A stretch of 64,000 nucleotides of DNA from Eledone cirrhosa (lineage: Eukaryota). Below are positions 1-12,091 of the stretch, in pieces (positions within the stretch are counted from its first letter, which is position 1; each line of letters begins with the position of its first letter). The notes beneath the pieces are model-generated. The model saw only the letters and a program-made list of their open reading frames with translations. It did not search any database and had not been told where the DNA came from. Location of the stretch: the NCBI GenBank assembly GCA_964016885.1, contig OZ024741.1, forward strand, positions 42,098,001 through 42,162,000, given 5' to 3'. The position numbers and the translations under genes were made by a program.

Positions 1-150
1 CACATACCCAGGGCATTACTGGTACTTTATTTTATCGACCCCGTAAGGATGAAAGGCAAAGTCAATTTCGGCGGGATTTGAATTCAGATCGTAAGGGGAC
101 GTAACTATGCTGGAAAGCATGGTGTCCGACCCTCTACCGATACTGCCAAA
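1..150 (-). mobile_element. tRNA-derived SINE, family A (Meta/Sauria-domain-like core)
   Basis: Reverse complement of the recurring unit ggcagtatcggtagagggtcggacgccatgctttccagc...gagttcaaatcccgcc...gcctttcatccttacggggtcgataaaataaagtaccag, seen more than 12 times in the window. Confidence 0.85.
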
Positions 151-787
151 AATAATGTTCATTATAAATAATGTTCTTCGTGACATGAGCACATGGTCAC
201 TAAAAATTGCAATTGTTCAAGCAGAAAGTTCATTGTATTTGAAACTGGAAATAGTAAACACAAGAAAAATGGAAATGTTTTGCACGAAGAATGATTAAGA
301 AACTCACTTGAGGTTAACGGTAATTCACATATTGTGCCAACTTTGCGGGCCAATGGACGCGTCGTCCGCTTCTCGTGACTGGAGATGAAACAGGTGGCTC
401 GCTGGGACAGCAATCTGTTGGAGTTTCTGGTGTAGAGACTGTAACAGTATCCATGATGGCTTTTTTTTAATCTGTCCACGCTGACAGAATTCTGTTTACC
501 ATCTAGATCGAGAATAACATATTTCGGATATTTTTTTAGAACACGATAAGGGCCAGAATATGGAGGTCGAAGATGAGCTGAGATGGTGTCGTTTCGAACG
601 AAAACGTGTGTCCAATCTTTAATGTCTGAAGGTACGTGTGTGGCCGTGTTCTGTTGACGGGTGCTTGCAGGAGCAAGGTGAGACATATATTGTCGAAGAC
701 GGTGTACGTATGATCCTGGGTCTGGAACATCCTGAGGAGAGATGGGAGCAACCATCTGATCAGGTAGAACCAGGGTGGTGCCGTACA

Positions 788-3181
788 CTAATTCTGCAGG
801 TGTGTGTCCGAATTCCTCCTTAACGGATATCGATTGCCCAGATGGATGAGTGGTAGGTATTCAAACCAGTGGGTCTTGTCTGGATATGCTTTTATTGCAG
901 CTTTCAATTGGCGATGGAATCTTTCCACGAGACCATTAGCTTGCGGGTGATAAGCTGTCGTGCTGATGTGTTTACATCCTAACAGGCGAGTCAGTTCTCT
1001 GAAGAGGTGGGAGTCAAATTGGCGTCCTCTGTCCGTTGTTATCTTCGCTGGGGCGCCATAACGTGATGTCCAGTGTAAAACCAAAGTTTTAGCGACTGTT
1101 TCCGCTGAGGTATCATTTATGGGAAAAGCCTCAGGCCAACGAGAAAATCGATCGATGCAGGTGAGCAAGTGTGTGTAGTTCTGTGATGGTGGTAGAGGTC
1201 CGACGATGTCGATATGCACATGATGATAACGTGCATCAGGTTGCGCGAATGTGCCGAGTGGAGTTTTGATGTGTCTGTGGACTTTGGCTTTCTGGCAGGC
1301 AATGCAGTTCCTGGACCAGTCGCGCACGTCCTTGTTAATGTTAGTCCACACAAAACGAGCAGAGATGAGTTTCTGTGTAGCCCGGATTCCCGGGTGAGAC
1401 AAGCAGTGTAAAGCAGAAAAAACTTGTCGACGATGCATCTGTGGTACGTACGGTCGTTCATGACCGGTAGAAAGGTCGCACCAAATTTGTCCTGGAGAAG
1501 GAGGAATGGGAACTTGCTGAAACTTGAGGGATGGCGAATCTCGGAGCTTGATAAACTCTTCGTCAGTCTCTTGGTCAGCTGCGATCTGTTGAAGGTCGAT
1601 GCCTGAATGCACATATATTGCGTTCAGCTGGATTCGGGACAGGGCGTCGGCTGCTACGTTGTCTGATCCCTTGATATGCCGAATATCAGTTGAATATTGG
1701 GAGACAAAATCCAGGTGTCGGAGTTCTCTCGATGAATGTCGATCAGGTTTGGTACGGAACGCATAAATTAATGGTTTATGGTCCGTGTAGATCACGAAAT
1801 CTGATCCTTCGAGCATGTGCCGAAAATGCTTAACCGAAAGATAGGTTGCCAATAGTTCGCGGCCAAAGGTACTGTATTTCGTTTCTGCCGGTTGCAACCG
1901 CTTAGAAAAGAAGGATAAGGGTTGCCACACGCCGTCGACATGTTGTTGTAGAACGCCTCCAACCCCCGTGTCTGATGCGTCCACTAGCAGCGAAAGAGGA
2001 GCGCCAGACCTGGGGAAAACGAGCATGAAAGCGTTTGCCAACATTTCCTTCAGGCGGTTAAAAGATGTTAATTCTTCCTCGTTCAGAGTGATCTCTTCGT
2101 TTTTGCGAGTCCGGTTACGAAGAAGGTCCGCGAGGAGTCTGGCTGCGTCGGAACAATGAGGGATGAACCGCCTATAAAAATTCACCAGACCGAGGAATTC
2201 ACGCAGTTTCCGAAGTGATGTAGGTGCAGGAAAACTGTGGATAGCTTCTACTTTCTCGGGAAGTGGGCGAATGCCGTCTTTATCGATGATGTGCCCGAGA
2301 ACGGACAATGAAGGAACGCCAAGAAGGCACTTGCTGGGGTTGATGATGATACCGTACTCAGCCAAACGTCGGAAAAGGAGATCTAAGTGCTTCTCGTGTT
2401 CATTCTCGGAAGCACTTGCTACCAGTACGTCGTCAATATACGCGTATACGAAGGGTAGATCCTTTAACACGGTGTCAATGAACTGCTGAAAAGTTTGTGC
2501 AGCGTTGCGCAGACCGAACGGCATTCGCAGGAATTCGAATAAACCGAACGGTGTTGTGATTGCGGTCTTCGGAATATCTGCAGGCTCCATAGGTATCTGG
2601 TTATATGCACGCACCAGATCTACCTTGGAAAAGATACGTGCGCCTTGCAGAGAGGCAGAAAAATCGTGCAGGTGAGGTACAGGGTAATTATCGGGCACTG
2701 TAGAATTGTTAAGTGCACGATAATCCCCACATGGTCGCCAATCATTCTCGTTTTTTTTTGGAACAAGGTGTAGGGGTGCAGACCAGTCGCTGGAGGAAGG
2801 GCGAATGATTCCGAGGTCCAGCATGTGTTGAAACTCCTGCTTGGCGATTCTCAATCGGTCTGGAGGCAGTCTCCTTGGTCGGGCAGCTGTGGGTGGTCCT
2901 CTTGTCTCGATGTGGTGCGTGACACTCTGCTTAATGGGACCATCCTTAAATACCGGGCGAGTGATGTCTGGGTATTTCTGGAGAATGCCGTTGTACCGCG
3001 AAGGCTCTGACTGGCAAATTACAGGGCTCACTGTGGATTGCATGGTAAATATACCTCTCACAGTGAGGTTTGTGGTGGTGTCGATAAGCCTCCGGTTCTT
3101 CATGTCCACCAGAAGGTTGAAGTGGTGGAGAAAATCGGCTCCTAGGATCGGGTCGGCATGTCTGCCACGACGAACACCCAT
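788..3181 (-). pseudogene. Gypsy pol fragment: RT-RNase H-integrase (797-aa ORF; integrase tail continues frameshifted to about 325)
   Basis: Motifs [42 protein letters not shown]...[29 protein letters not shown]; PPYSGPY in ORF 162..788. Confidence 0.95.
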
Positions 3182-3468
3182 TGAAAACGCCGCCTCAGGC
3201 CTAAATTGAGGGTCAGAGACTTCTCCCCGAAAGTCGGAATTGACGATTGGTTCACTGCCTGCAGAAAGGACGGGGTTGGGTGTCTTTTGCCCGAGATTAG
3301 TGAAACAGGAATAACACTGACCTGGGCTCCTGTATCCACGAGGTAACGGATGCCTGTCGCCTGGTCGTTAATAAAAAATAAACGACTTTTCTTTTCAGTA
3401 CCAGGGGTGAACGTCGTCGCTAGGCCCTGGTCTGCCCGTTTCCCTGGGTGGTATTCTGGAAAGAGCAC
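3142..3468 (-). pseudogene. Gypsy aspartic protease region
   Basis: [13 protein letters not shown] motif; the ILGADFL motif lies in the next frame (frameshift near 3150). Confidence 0.9.
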
Positions 3469-4288
3469 GGGGCCCTACACTTAGATGCCCGAGCGCCGAT
3501 ATCCTCGTGATACCAGCAGAGGTTGCCAGACACACGATTTTGACTGGGACTTCTCGATCTTTGACGGTGAAAGGGCCTGGACCGACTGTTGCTGCGCCGC
3601 CGGTGTGTTTGCAAGGTCAGGCTTTCTAATTGGTTTGAGAGGGCTTTGATTTGACCAGCCTGCTCTCTGATCATAGCCCCAGCTCTGAAATCTCGGAGGT
3701 GGAGTCCGAGGACGCTACGTAAGGTTTCGTCTGACGATCTACCTGTGCTACTGAGGCAAAAGGGTTTGATACCTCAGCGATCTTATCTGCGACACTCGAC
3801 AATTCCTCCGGGGTTGCTGACTCGTTAGTCGACGCCAGAATGACCTGCATCGATAAGGGCAAGCGCTGTATGAACAACCGTTTCAGCAGATCTTCTGAAA
3901 GCGGCTGGTCCTCCATCAGCCGTCTCATCTTTCGCAATAGTTGGGACGGTTTTCTGTCCCCCAATTCTTCTGCAGACACGAGTTGGTTGAGTCGTCTCTG
4001 CTGTGACGCGGTAGTCCGCTTGACCAATTCCTTGCGGAATGATTCATATGACACCGTGCCTGGCGGTGCCATGACGAGGTCCCTAACCTCAGCCACAACT
4101 TCTGGCGGGACAGATCCAATGATGTAGGTGAGCTTTGTGGAATCGCTCTTAATTCTGTTCGCGGTGAATTGCGCTTCTATGTGAGCGAACCACAGAGTCG
4201 GGTCGTTAGACCAAAATACGGGGACTTTCAATGTTAACGCCGCTTGTGTGGTTGGTATCTCGGCTTCTGTCGTTTGTGACATGTCCAT
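3420..4288 (-). pseudogene. Gypsy gag (split by a frameshift near 3672)
   Basis: PVFWSNDPTLWFAHIEAQF, LGDRKPSQLLR and C-terminal CWYH...C...C knuckle typical of invertebrate Gypsy gag. Confidence 0.9.
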
Positions 4289-4313
4289 GTTGATATTTTC
4301 TTAGGTGCTGTCT

Positions 4314-4345
4314 GGTTGCGCGTTCGACTCACGTTCGGGTCACCA
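4314..4345 (-). promoter_or_regulatory. Primer-binding site, tRNA-Trp-like
   Basis: TGGTGACCCGAACGTGAG 2 nt after the LTR end; plus strand reads ggttgcgcgttcgactcacgttcgggtcacca. Confidence 0.8.
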
Positions 4346-4347
4346 AT

Positions 4348-4843
4348 TGTAGCGACGTGGTTAGTCAGTCTAGTCACTACTTCTGATCAGATCCGAGAAT
4401 AGCTCTGAGAAGGACTCTTATCGTATACGGTCTGATCAGATCTGAAGATAGCCCTTAAAAGGACTGTTGTCGCATATAGCCCTTAAAAGAACTGTTGAGG
4501 ATGGACAGACGAAAGCACAAGTTGAAAGGACGAAGCAAGGCGAGATGTAAATTCGATCAGCTATTTATTTTCACATGAGGCGACGATACGAGGTACAAGG
4601 CGTGTGAGTGACAAAGCGTGGCAGAGTAAAGGAACAACGATGCGCTAGCTGACTCTGCCAAAAGTCGACTAGCGAAGTGTTGGGAACCATCTATTTATAC
4701 AGAAACAATCGTTTGATGTTTAGTAGATGTGTAGGCGTTTATTCTGGTAGGTTTTAAGGGTTCTTTTGTTTCACGTTGAAGTAGCTAGCTAACAGGTAGA
4801 TGGCGCTGTATATTTCACAGATGTTATTTCCGGTGGCTGTACA
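4348..4843 (-). repeat. 5' LTR of the Gypsy element (~496 bp)
   Basis: TGTA...TACA termini; minus-strand TATAAAT near 4695 and AATAAA near 4567; internal short tandem duplications 4383-4497; abuts the PBS. Confidence 0.8.
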
Positions 4844-4879
4844 TATATATATATATACAAGCTTCCATACAGAGATCCC

Positions 4880-5142
4880 GGCTGTGATACTATGGGTATG
4901 TGGTTTGAATGTCTCAAGAAAGAATTACTGGACAGATTTTATGGACAGAACCTACCAGCAGGAGACTTAGGGGTAGATGCCAAGCAAGATGGTTGAATAA
5001 CATTCATGAGCTTGGCTGGTCTTACTTGGGGATCCAGCTGAGTAAGCAAGAGACAGTTGCCTCTGACAGGACACACTGTAAGAAGTGTTTAAGGATTCTG
5101 CCCCCAAGACATTCTCAGGAATAAGTGGGCGAAGAAGAAGAA
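4880..5142 (+). mobile_element. 3' fragment of an RTE-like LINE with (GAA)n tail
   Basis: Degenerate RTE C-terminus (RRLRGRCQARWLNNI); related fragment at about 14510-14720. Confidence 0.55.
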
Positions 5143-5820
5143 GTTTCCATACTGTTTTGGTTTATCAAATTTCACTCACAATGTATTAGTCAATCCAAGT
5201 CTAGAGAAAAAGGCACTTGCCGAAGGTACCACAAAGGGGGACTGAACCCAGAACCATGTGGCTTCAAATTGAACTCCTTAACCACATGGACATGCCTATA
5301 CCTATAATAGTAATTATAATTACTATTTTAGGTATATGCATTAATTAATTATTAATGTTTTCTCAAGTGAAAGATTTAAAGCTTTTTTCGTCACATTCAC
5401 ATATTGCAAAGATATTAAAAGTTGTTATAATTGTGTGGAGAAACATGAAACAAAAAAAGGTGATAGAAGGCTTAAACCACATTACATGGGTACATGGGTA
5501 CGAAGATTGGCTGTACATTTTATAGGCTCACTATGAAGGAATGATGCTTAAGCTGTGACATTTTGCATGCAATTTCAACTCCTCTTATTAACAACTGCAT
5601 TGTTTCTTTCCAGAGACTATGTTGAAAAATAAACTTCATTTAGGTCATTCCATGAGAGTATCTTGGCCAGCATATGAACTGTGTTCAGCCTGTGAACTTT
5701 TCAAATGATACTCATATGGCTGTGTGGTTAAGAAGTTGACTTCACAACCACATTGTTCTGGCTTCAATCCCATTACATGACTCCTTGTGTAAATATCTTC
5801 TCCACACAAACACATATATA

Positions 5821-8800
5821 CATCATCATCATCGTTTAACGTCCATCTTCCACGATTGCATGCGTTTGGATGGGAATTTTCCCACTTGAGGCAAGATTGG
5901 TTGTCTTGCTCGTATAGGACTGTCTGGCTGGTTTTCTACAGCTGGATGCCCTTCCTAACACCAACCACATTTACAGTGTGGACTAGGAGGTTTACCGTGT
6001 TACCTACACGGCCACATTACAGCGTGGACTGTGTGTTTTTTTGTCGTGACACCTACACGACCTCATTTGTTTCGGACTGGATGTTGTGGTACCAACATAA
6101 CTTTACATTGAAAGGGGTGGTGTGGATGGGGTGGGGTAGTGGGATGGGGTGTATTTTTGTTAGAGGTGCCTACTCACTGTAGGTTTCGCTTTGTACTTAG
6201 GCAAGGCGGTTCTTCTGTATTACTGTGTAGCGCCAAACATCTCGGTCCAGTGACATTGTCTTGGAGAGGTGTAAGTGTGTGAGGTCGGAATTTATCAAGT
6301 CGTCCCAGGTTTTTCTGGGTCTGCCTACTCCGTGGCTACCGTCTATTTTTATTGCCCTGCACATTTTTATACAGCTGTCGTCTTTCATGCGCATCACGTG
6401 ACTGTACCAACATAGTTTTCTCTCGAGTAAACAACATCTGATCCCTCTTATTCCTAATTTCTCCCTTAGTTCGTTTATGCTTTGCCGTTCACGTATATTA
6501 CTATTATACATCCAGCGGAGCATGCAAGCTTCGTTCTTCTCCAGTCTGCGTATATCCTGTGCACACAATGCAGGCATCATACAGCCTGCCTTTCATTTTT
6601 AGAGAGAACCCTTTAGCAGCCAATAGTGGTATAAGCTCTCTGAACTTTTTCCATCCCGTTCTGACTCTAGCTACTGTACTTTCAGAGCACCCCCCATCAC
6701 TGCTGATTTTGTCACCCAGGTAACGGAAGGTGTCCACTATTTCTATAGAACCATCTGTGCAATGGAATGAGCTAGTATTCTGTGGGCACTTGCTGCTACT
6801 TATTGCACCAGAGCACCGGCTACATATAAAATCTATATTCTTAGTTAGCTTACCTGTGATCCCACTACATCTTTTATGCAACCATACTTTGCATTTGGGA
6901 CATAAGATGGAGTTTCTGCCTACTCCTTTCCTACACATTGAGCATGGCCATTTCCCAGATGGAACCGGTGCCCTATTTTCCTTCCTACAAACTAGAACTT
7001 TAGTCTTAGACAGGTTAATTTTAAGGCCTTTTGATTCTAGGCCATGCTTCCATGTTTGGAATTTCTTCTCTAGTTCGGCCATTGATTCAGCTATGAGCGT
7101 TAGATTATCTGCGTATAGGAGTTCCCATGGGCAGCCGGTCTTGAACTACTCTGTTATAGACTGAAGGGCAATAATAAATAGTAGGGAGCTAAGAACGGAG
7201 CCCTGATGAACACCAACTTTTACACTAAACTCTTCTCTATATTCGTTGTTAATTCTAACCTTGCTGACTGTTTCTTTCTACATGGCTTGTATAGCTCTCA
7301 CAAGCCATTCATCAACACCTAGTTTTCTAAGAGCCCACCAGATAATGGAGCGGGGGACTCTGTCAAAGGCTTTCTCCAAGTCAACAAAAGCTAAGTATAG
7401 GGATTTACTTTTAGCTAGGTACTTCTCCTGTAGTTGTCGTACAATGAAAAGAGCGTCTGCTGTACTTTTACCTGACACAAACCCGAACTGCATTTCATCT
7501 AGATCAATTCGTTCTCTGATTAGTTGCGCTATTACTTTTTCTGTGACCTTCATGACCTGGTCGATTAATTTAATGCCTCTATAGTTACCCCTATCTAGGG
7601 CATCTCCTTTACCCTTGTAGCAGTTAATGATGATGTTGCTACGCCAGTCATTCGGAATGACCCCATTCTGTATGACTTGGTTTACTATCCGGGTAACCAT
7701 AGTGTGTACCACCATTCCAGATGCTTTCAGCATTTCAGCAACTATTTCCGAAGGCCCAGCCGCCTTACCCGTCTTCATATCTTTGATTGCCTTACTTATT
7801 ATACTACCTTCAACTAGCACTGCTGGTCCCTCTATTGGATCGATGTGGAGGAGACTGTCTTTCTCCCATTTATTCTCATCATTTAGTAGCCTTTCTTAAT
7901 GACACTTCCAAGCTACCTTCTTATCAGCGTCAGTGATGGCAAGTACACCATCACCATTAAGGACACACTTCTCCCTGACAATATCACGGTTTTCCTTGAC
8001 ACATTGCCTAGCAATCCTGAACACCTCACGCTTTTGGTCCTCGCGTTGTAGAACATGCTTGAACTTTCTTTCCTCTGCTTCCCTTCTTGCGAAGTACACT
8101 TGTCTCCTAGCTCCCCTCCTGGCCACTTGATAGTCTTCTATACTTCCCCCATCCCGCCATACCATCCAAGCCTGCTTTTTGGCCTTAATTGACTCCTCGA
8201 ACCTTACTGTTCCACCACCACCACGTTACTCTCCTCCTGCCTATAGGCCTGCTTCAGCCACAGACTGCATCTGCCGCCTTCAGCAGGTTAGCTTTCAGGA
8301 ATTCCCACTGTTCCTCTATATAGTACGACTCTAATTTCTCTTACTTACTGTGAAAAGCATGAAGTAATATGCTTTTAAATTTATTACTGGCTGTGGGGTC
8401 CTTTAGCTTCCATATTTTCTCCTGAGGATAGTCCTCCTCTGTTGTCGAGTACGTCTTGTCCTGACTATGAGGTCGGTGACTATGAGTCTATGTTGGGAGG
8501 TGCATTCTTCATGGGGGAAGGATTTAGTGTTTACAACAGACACTCTATCACGTCTTCTGGTAAGGATATAATCTATCTGACTGGCGTGTTCCGCTGATTT
8601 ATAGGTGATCAAGTGATTGTCTCGTTTTTTGAAGTTAGTGTTATTAGATAGTTAGGTTATTTGCGTCACAGAATTCCAGGATTCTGGAGCCTTCCTCATT
8701 TCTAGTACCAAACTCATAGCCTCCATGGATTCCGTCATAGCCATCACGATGTTGTCCAACGTGACCATTTAGGTCGCCAGCAATAATTATGTAGTCACTG

Positions 8801-9775
8801 TCGGTTATTTGGGAGGTAGTGAGCATCAATGTCTCATAGAATCTGTCTTTTATAACGCCAGGCAGTGCGGATTGGGGTGCGTACGCAGATATTACTGTCA
8901 CAGTAGTTCTATTTAGGACAAGTCTTATTTTAATTATTCTGTCGTTCACTCTATTTATGTCTATTATCTTATCTACTCATATTTCTGCTCACATCATTCC
9001 TACCCCACCCAGCACATTGTCATTTCTCACCCAGAAAAGCTTATAGCATCGTTTTTTCACCCACAATGAATCTAGCAAACGCACCCCTCCACATGGTCTC
9101 TTGGATACAGCAAACATCAACCTCCTTACGCTCAAGCATTTCTACAACCTCGTTAGAGCAACCTTTCATGGTGCCTACATTCATGGTACCAACTCTGAAG
9201 TTTTGGGTTGCGTTTGGTGGGTGGGAACGGTGGGGCATGGGGAGGGGTGAGGGGGATGGGGTTGGGGTTATGTTGGCCATCCGCTGCCGAAATAAATAGG
9301 AGGAGTCCTTGTCTTTTCATCCAGCAGCATGTGGTGAATTTGTCTTTATCTTTGGCATTGTCACTGAATGTCCAGATTTTTCAGACTCTCCAGAATTCCT
9401 TAGTCCATCCATCATATCGAAAGGCAACCAGAAGAAGTGGTAGCATAGGCCGCTGACTTATGATTGGTCCAAATAATAATGGTGGCGAGTGGGAGGTGTA
9501 TGGGGTAGTTAGCGAGAAGGTTTAAATAAAATCCTCGAATTTTGGGCATAATTGGACAAGCATATAAGAGTAATAAGCGAATTATGGGCTTTTAAAATAC
9601 AAGAAGATTATTTAGAACAACCAGACAGAATTATAGAATAGCATTGAGAAAGAGCAAAGATTGGATTGTGGGCGATGATACGGATATATGAATGGACCGG
9701 GAAGATGGAGAGACAAGAAGAAAATGGCATTTTACATTACATTTCACAGGAGAGCGAGCAGTAGTCTGACCATTA
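5821..9775 (-). mobile_element. RTE-clade LINE, near full length, degraded (family 1, copy 1)
   Basis: APE motifs (NVGT, IQET, YAPQ, GDLNGHVG, QIDY, SQHRL), RT (FVDLEKAFD, HQGSVLSP, YADNL), GRPRKTW, (GAT)n tail. Confidence 0.93.
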
Positions 9776-10194
9776 ATACATATGTATATACATATGTATA
9801 TATAACCATGTCTTTAAGATTTGATCACACTCACTTTTGGTTTATGTCTCATGAAAGATAATATTGTGATATGATTAAAGGCAATATACACATATATCTA
9901 TTTTCACAATTATATATTCAAATTAATTACATTACTTAGAGCTATTGACTTTGCTCTAAGTAATTTAATTAAATTTGAATTTCTCGTGAGAAATGCCTCC
10001 TCCATTTAAGGTGAATTGTTTACTGAGAAGCACAAGTGGATATCTTATCCACACATACATGTGTGTGTGTAAATGTGTATACATATGTATATGTGTATAA
10101 ATGCATATACATTTATACATATACTCATGTCACCATGGAAAAGCAAATGTAAAATAATATGATGATAATGATGATGATTATATATATATATATA

Positions 10195-11058
10195 CAGGGT
10201 ATGGACGATATTTGTTCGCAATTTTCAACTGCTAAATTTATGCAAATTTTTTTTTACTTCCGTTGTCACTCTTGTCTTCATAAAAACAGTGACTATATTT
10301 CCATTAATATATTTTCAGAATAACTGATTATGAATAATTTTGAACCTCCAAATTTGTGCAAGAGACACAGAGTTCTTCTTGGAATCCGCGCCGGGAGGAC
10401 AAATAAGGACCAGAAGATCAACTCCCAGAACAACAGGTGGCTCGCTGTTTCATCCAAAGACGTGCCCAGAGTCATGCAGACAAAGTTTCCAGCGACAATA
10501 GTGGTCTTAGGTATCGTCAGCAGTCAAGGTGACATCATGCCACCTCACTTCTTCCCTGAGGGCCTCAAGCTGAACACTGATGGCTACATCTGCGTTCTGA
10601 ATGAGGTAGTAAAGCCCTGGATCGACCAGGTAGTTGCAGGTAGGCCGTATGTGTGGCAGCAAGACTCAGCGCCCTGCCATACCAGCCGAAAGACCCAAGC
10701 CTGGCTGTCAGAGAACTTTGTCGACCACACTTCACCTGACATCTGGCCTCCCAGCTCGCCTGACTGCAACCCCTCGACTTCTTTGTGTGGGGCGCAGAGA
10801 AACGAGACACCAACAGATCTAGCTGCAATACAAAAGACGATACGAAGGCCAGGATCACAAGTGCCTTTAGTGGTCTAAGTCAGGGGACAGTGACGAAGGC
10901 CTGTAGCCGGTTCCTAGGCCGCCTTGAGGCCGTCATCAAAACCAATGGCGAGTTTATCGAGTGAGATCGACCCAAGTTTCATAAATATATCTTAAAAAAT
11001 AAAACTACTGTGTTACTTTTTCCTAGACAGAATCTTGCGAACAAATATCGTCCGCACC

Positions 11059-11061
<3 letters not shown>
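10195..11061 (+). mobile_element. Tc1/mariner DD37D (maT-like) transposon, internally deleted
   Basis: ~27-bp TIRs cagggtatggacgatatttgttcgcaa / ttgcgaacaaatatcgtccgcaccctg flanked by TA; ORF 10330-10878 has QQDSAPCH...WPPSSPDCNP(L)D. Confidence 0.9.
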
Positions 11062-11094
<33 letters not shown>

Positions 11095-11099
<5 letters not shown>

Positions 11100-11285
11100 T
11101 TTCTACTTTTGGCACAAGGCCAGCGATTACCCCAGTGCATCACTGGTACATTTTTTTATCGACCCTGTAAGGATGAAAGACAAAGTTAACCTTGGCGGAT
11201 TTGAACTCAGAACACAAAGGGCCATAACTCTATGCCTCAAAGCATGGTGTCTGACGCTCTACCGATACTACCAAACCACTGCCCT
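11095..11285 (-). mobile_element. SINE family A
   Basis: Full-length match to the family A unit. Confidence 0.85.
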
Positions 11286-11301
11286 ACATATATATGTATA
11301 A

Positions 11302-11505
11302 AATAGGAAAGGAGTCAGGACCCCGACGGCTGAGCTCCAGCCGTTTCGACAGTTAAATCTGAACGTTCAGATCTAGCTGTCAAAACAGATGGAACTCAGC
11401 CATCGGGGTCCTGACTCCTTTTCTATTACCCACTCTACTACCCTAAGTATTGAGTACTCTGGTGCATTATGATCCACCTGGTATCCTACCACACCCTCTT
11501 TGTTA
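11302..11505 (+). mobile_element. PLE pseudo-LTR remnant with hairpin (same family as 30147, 58635, 59070)
   Basis: Palindrome centred on gaacgttc, followed by ctattacccactctactaccctaagtattgagtac. Confidence 0.65.
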
Positions 11506-11849
11506 TATATAATATATATGATGGACTCTCCCGTCGTATATCAATATATGAGGGTTCAACAGCAGTCTCAGTACAATTTTTATGGTTATACCTTAAATGA
11601 CACTTCAGTCCAGCTGCTGATTTACACATCAAGCCGCATTTGATGCAAATGATATGATTTCAAGCGGAGTAGGATGGAATGTTTGATCAGATCCTGCTGT
11701 TAGATCTTGGATCATAAAGATAGACCAGGAGAACAATTTATGTTTTGTGGTCCATTTACTAAAGATACCTTCTCAATTTTAATGGTTTTGACCTCAAAAC
11801 TCCTACAACAACAGGAATTATCCTGTTGTTAGGTGATATTGACCATATT

Positions 11850-12085
11850 CATGCAAAATTGATCTTTAAGCCAATATATCTTGTTATTTATTCAATTTCT
11901 TTCAAGGTTTAGTCTCCTGGGATAACATCAATAACCTGGCATTTAGGCCTGTTTCTGTGCATAACTACAATATCAGGTTTGTTGTGTTCAAGTCTGCAGC
12001 CATTTAGATAGTGAAGTTTCAAAGTTTCTTGGGCTTATATCCGTCATCAAGGACACTTTCTGAGAAATGTTGGTACTTCTTATTT
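11850..12085 (-). pseudogene. Restriction-like endonuclease fragment of an R4/NeSL-type non-LTR element
   Basis: Minus strand translates EHNKPDIVVMHRNRPKCQVIDVIPGD, the HN(K/R)PDIV...ID motif of RLE retrotransposons. Confidence 0.6.
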
Positions 12086-12091
12086 GCCCTC

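Larger units (their letters stand above)
300..4843 (-). mobile_element. Ty3/Gypsy LTR retrotransposon, frameshifted, 3' LTR missing
   Basis: Order gag - protease (YLVDTGA) - RT (YIDD) - RNase H (DAS) - integrase (HHCC, DDE, GPY); one TG...CA LTR plus PBS upstream of gag. Confidence 0.95.

Noticed and set aside
6730-7164. Conserved antisense ORF in both RTE family 1 copies (also 54548-54982)
   Set aside because: Explained by high identity between the copies and shadowing of the sense frame
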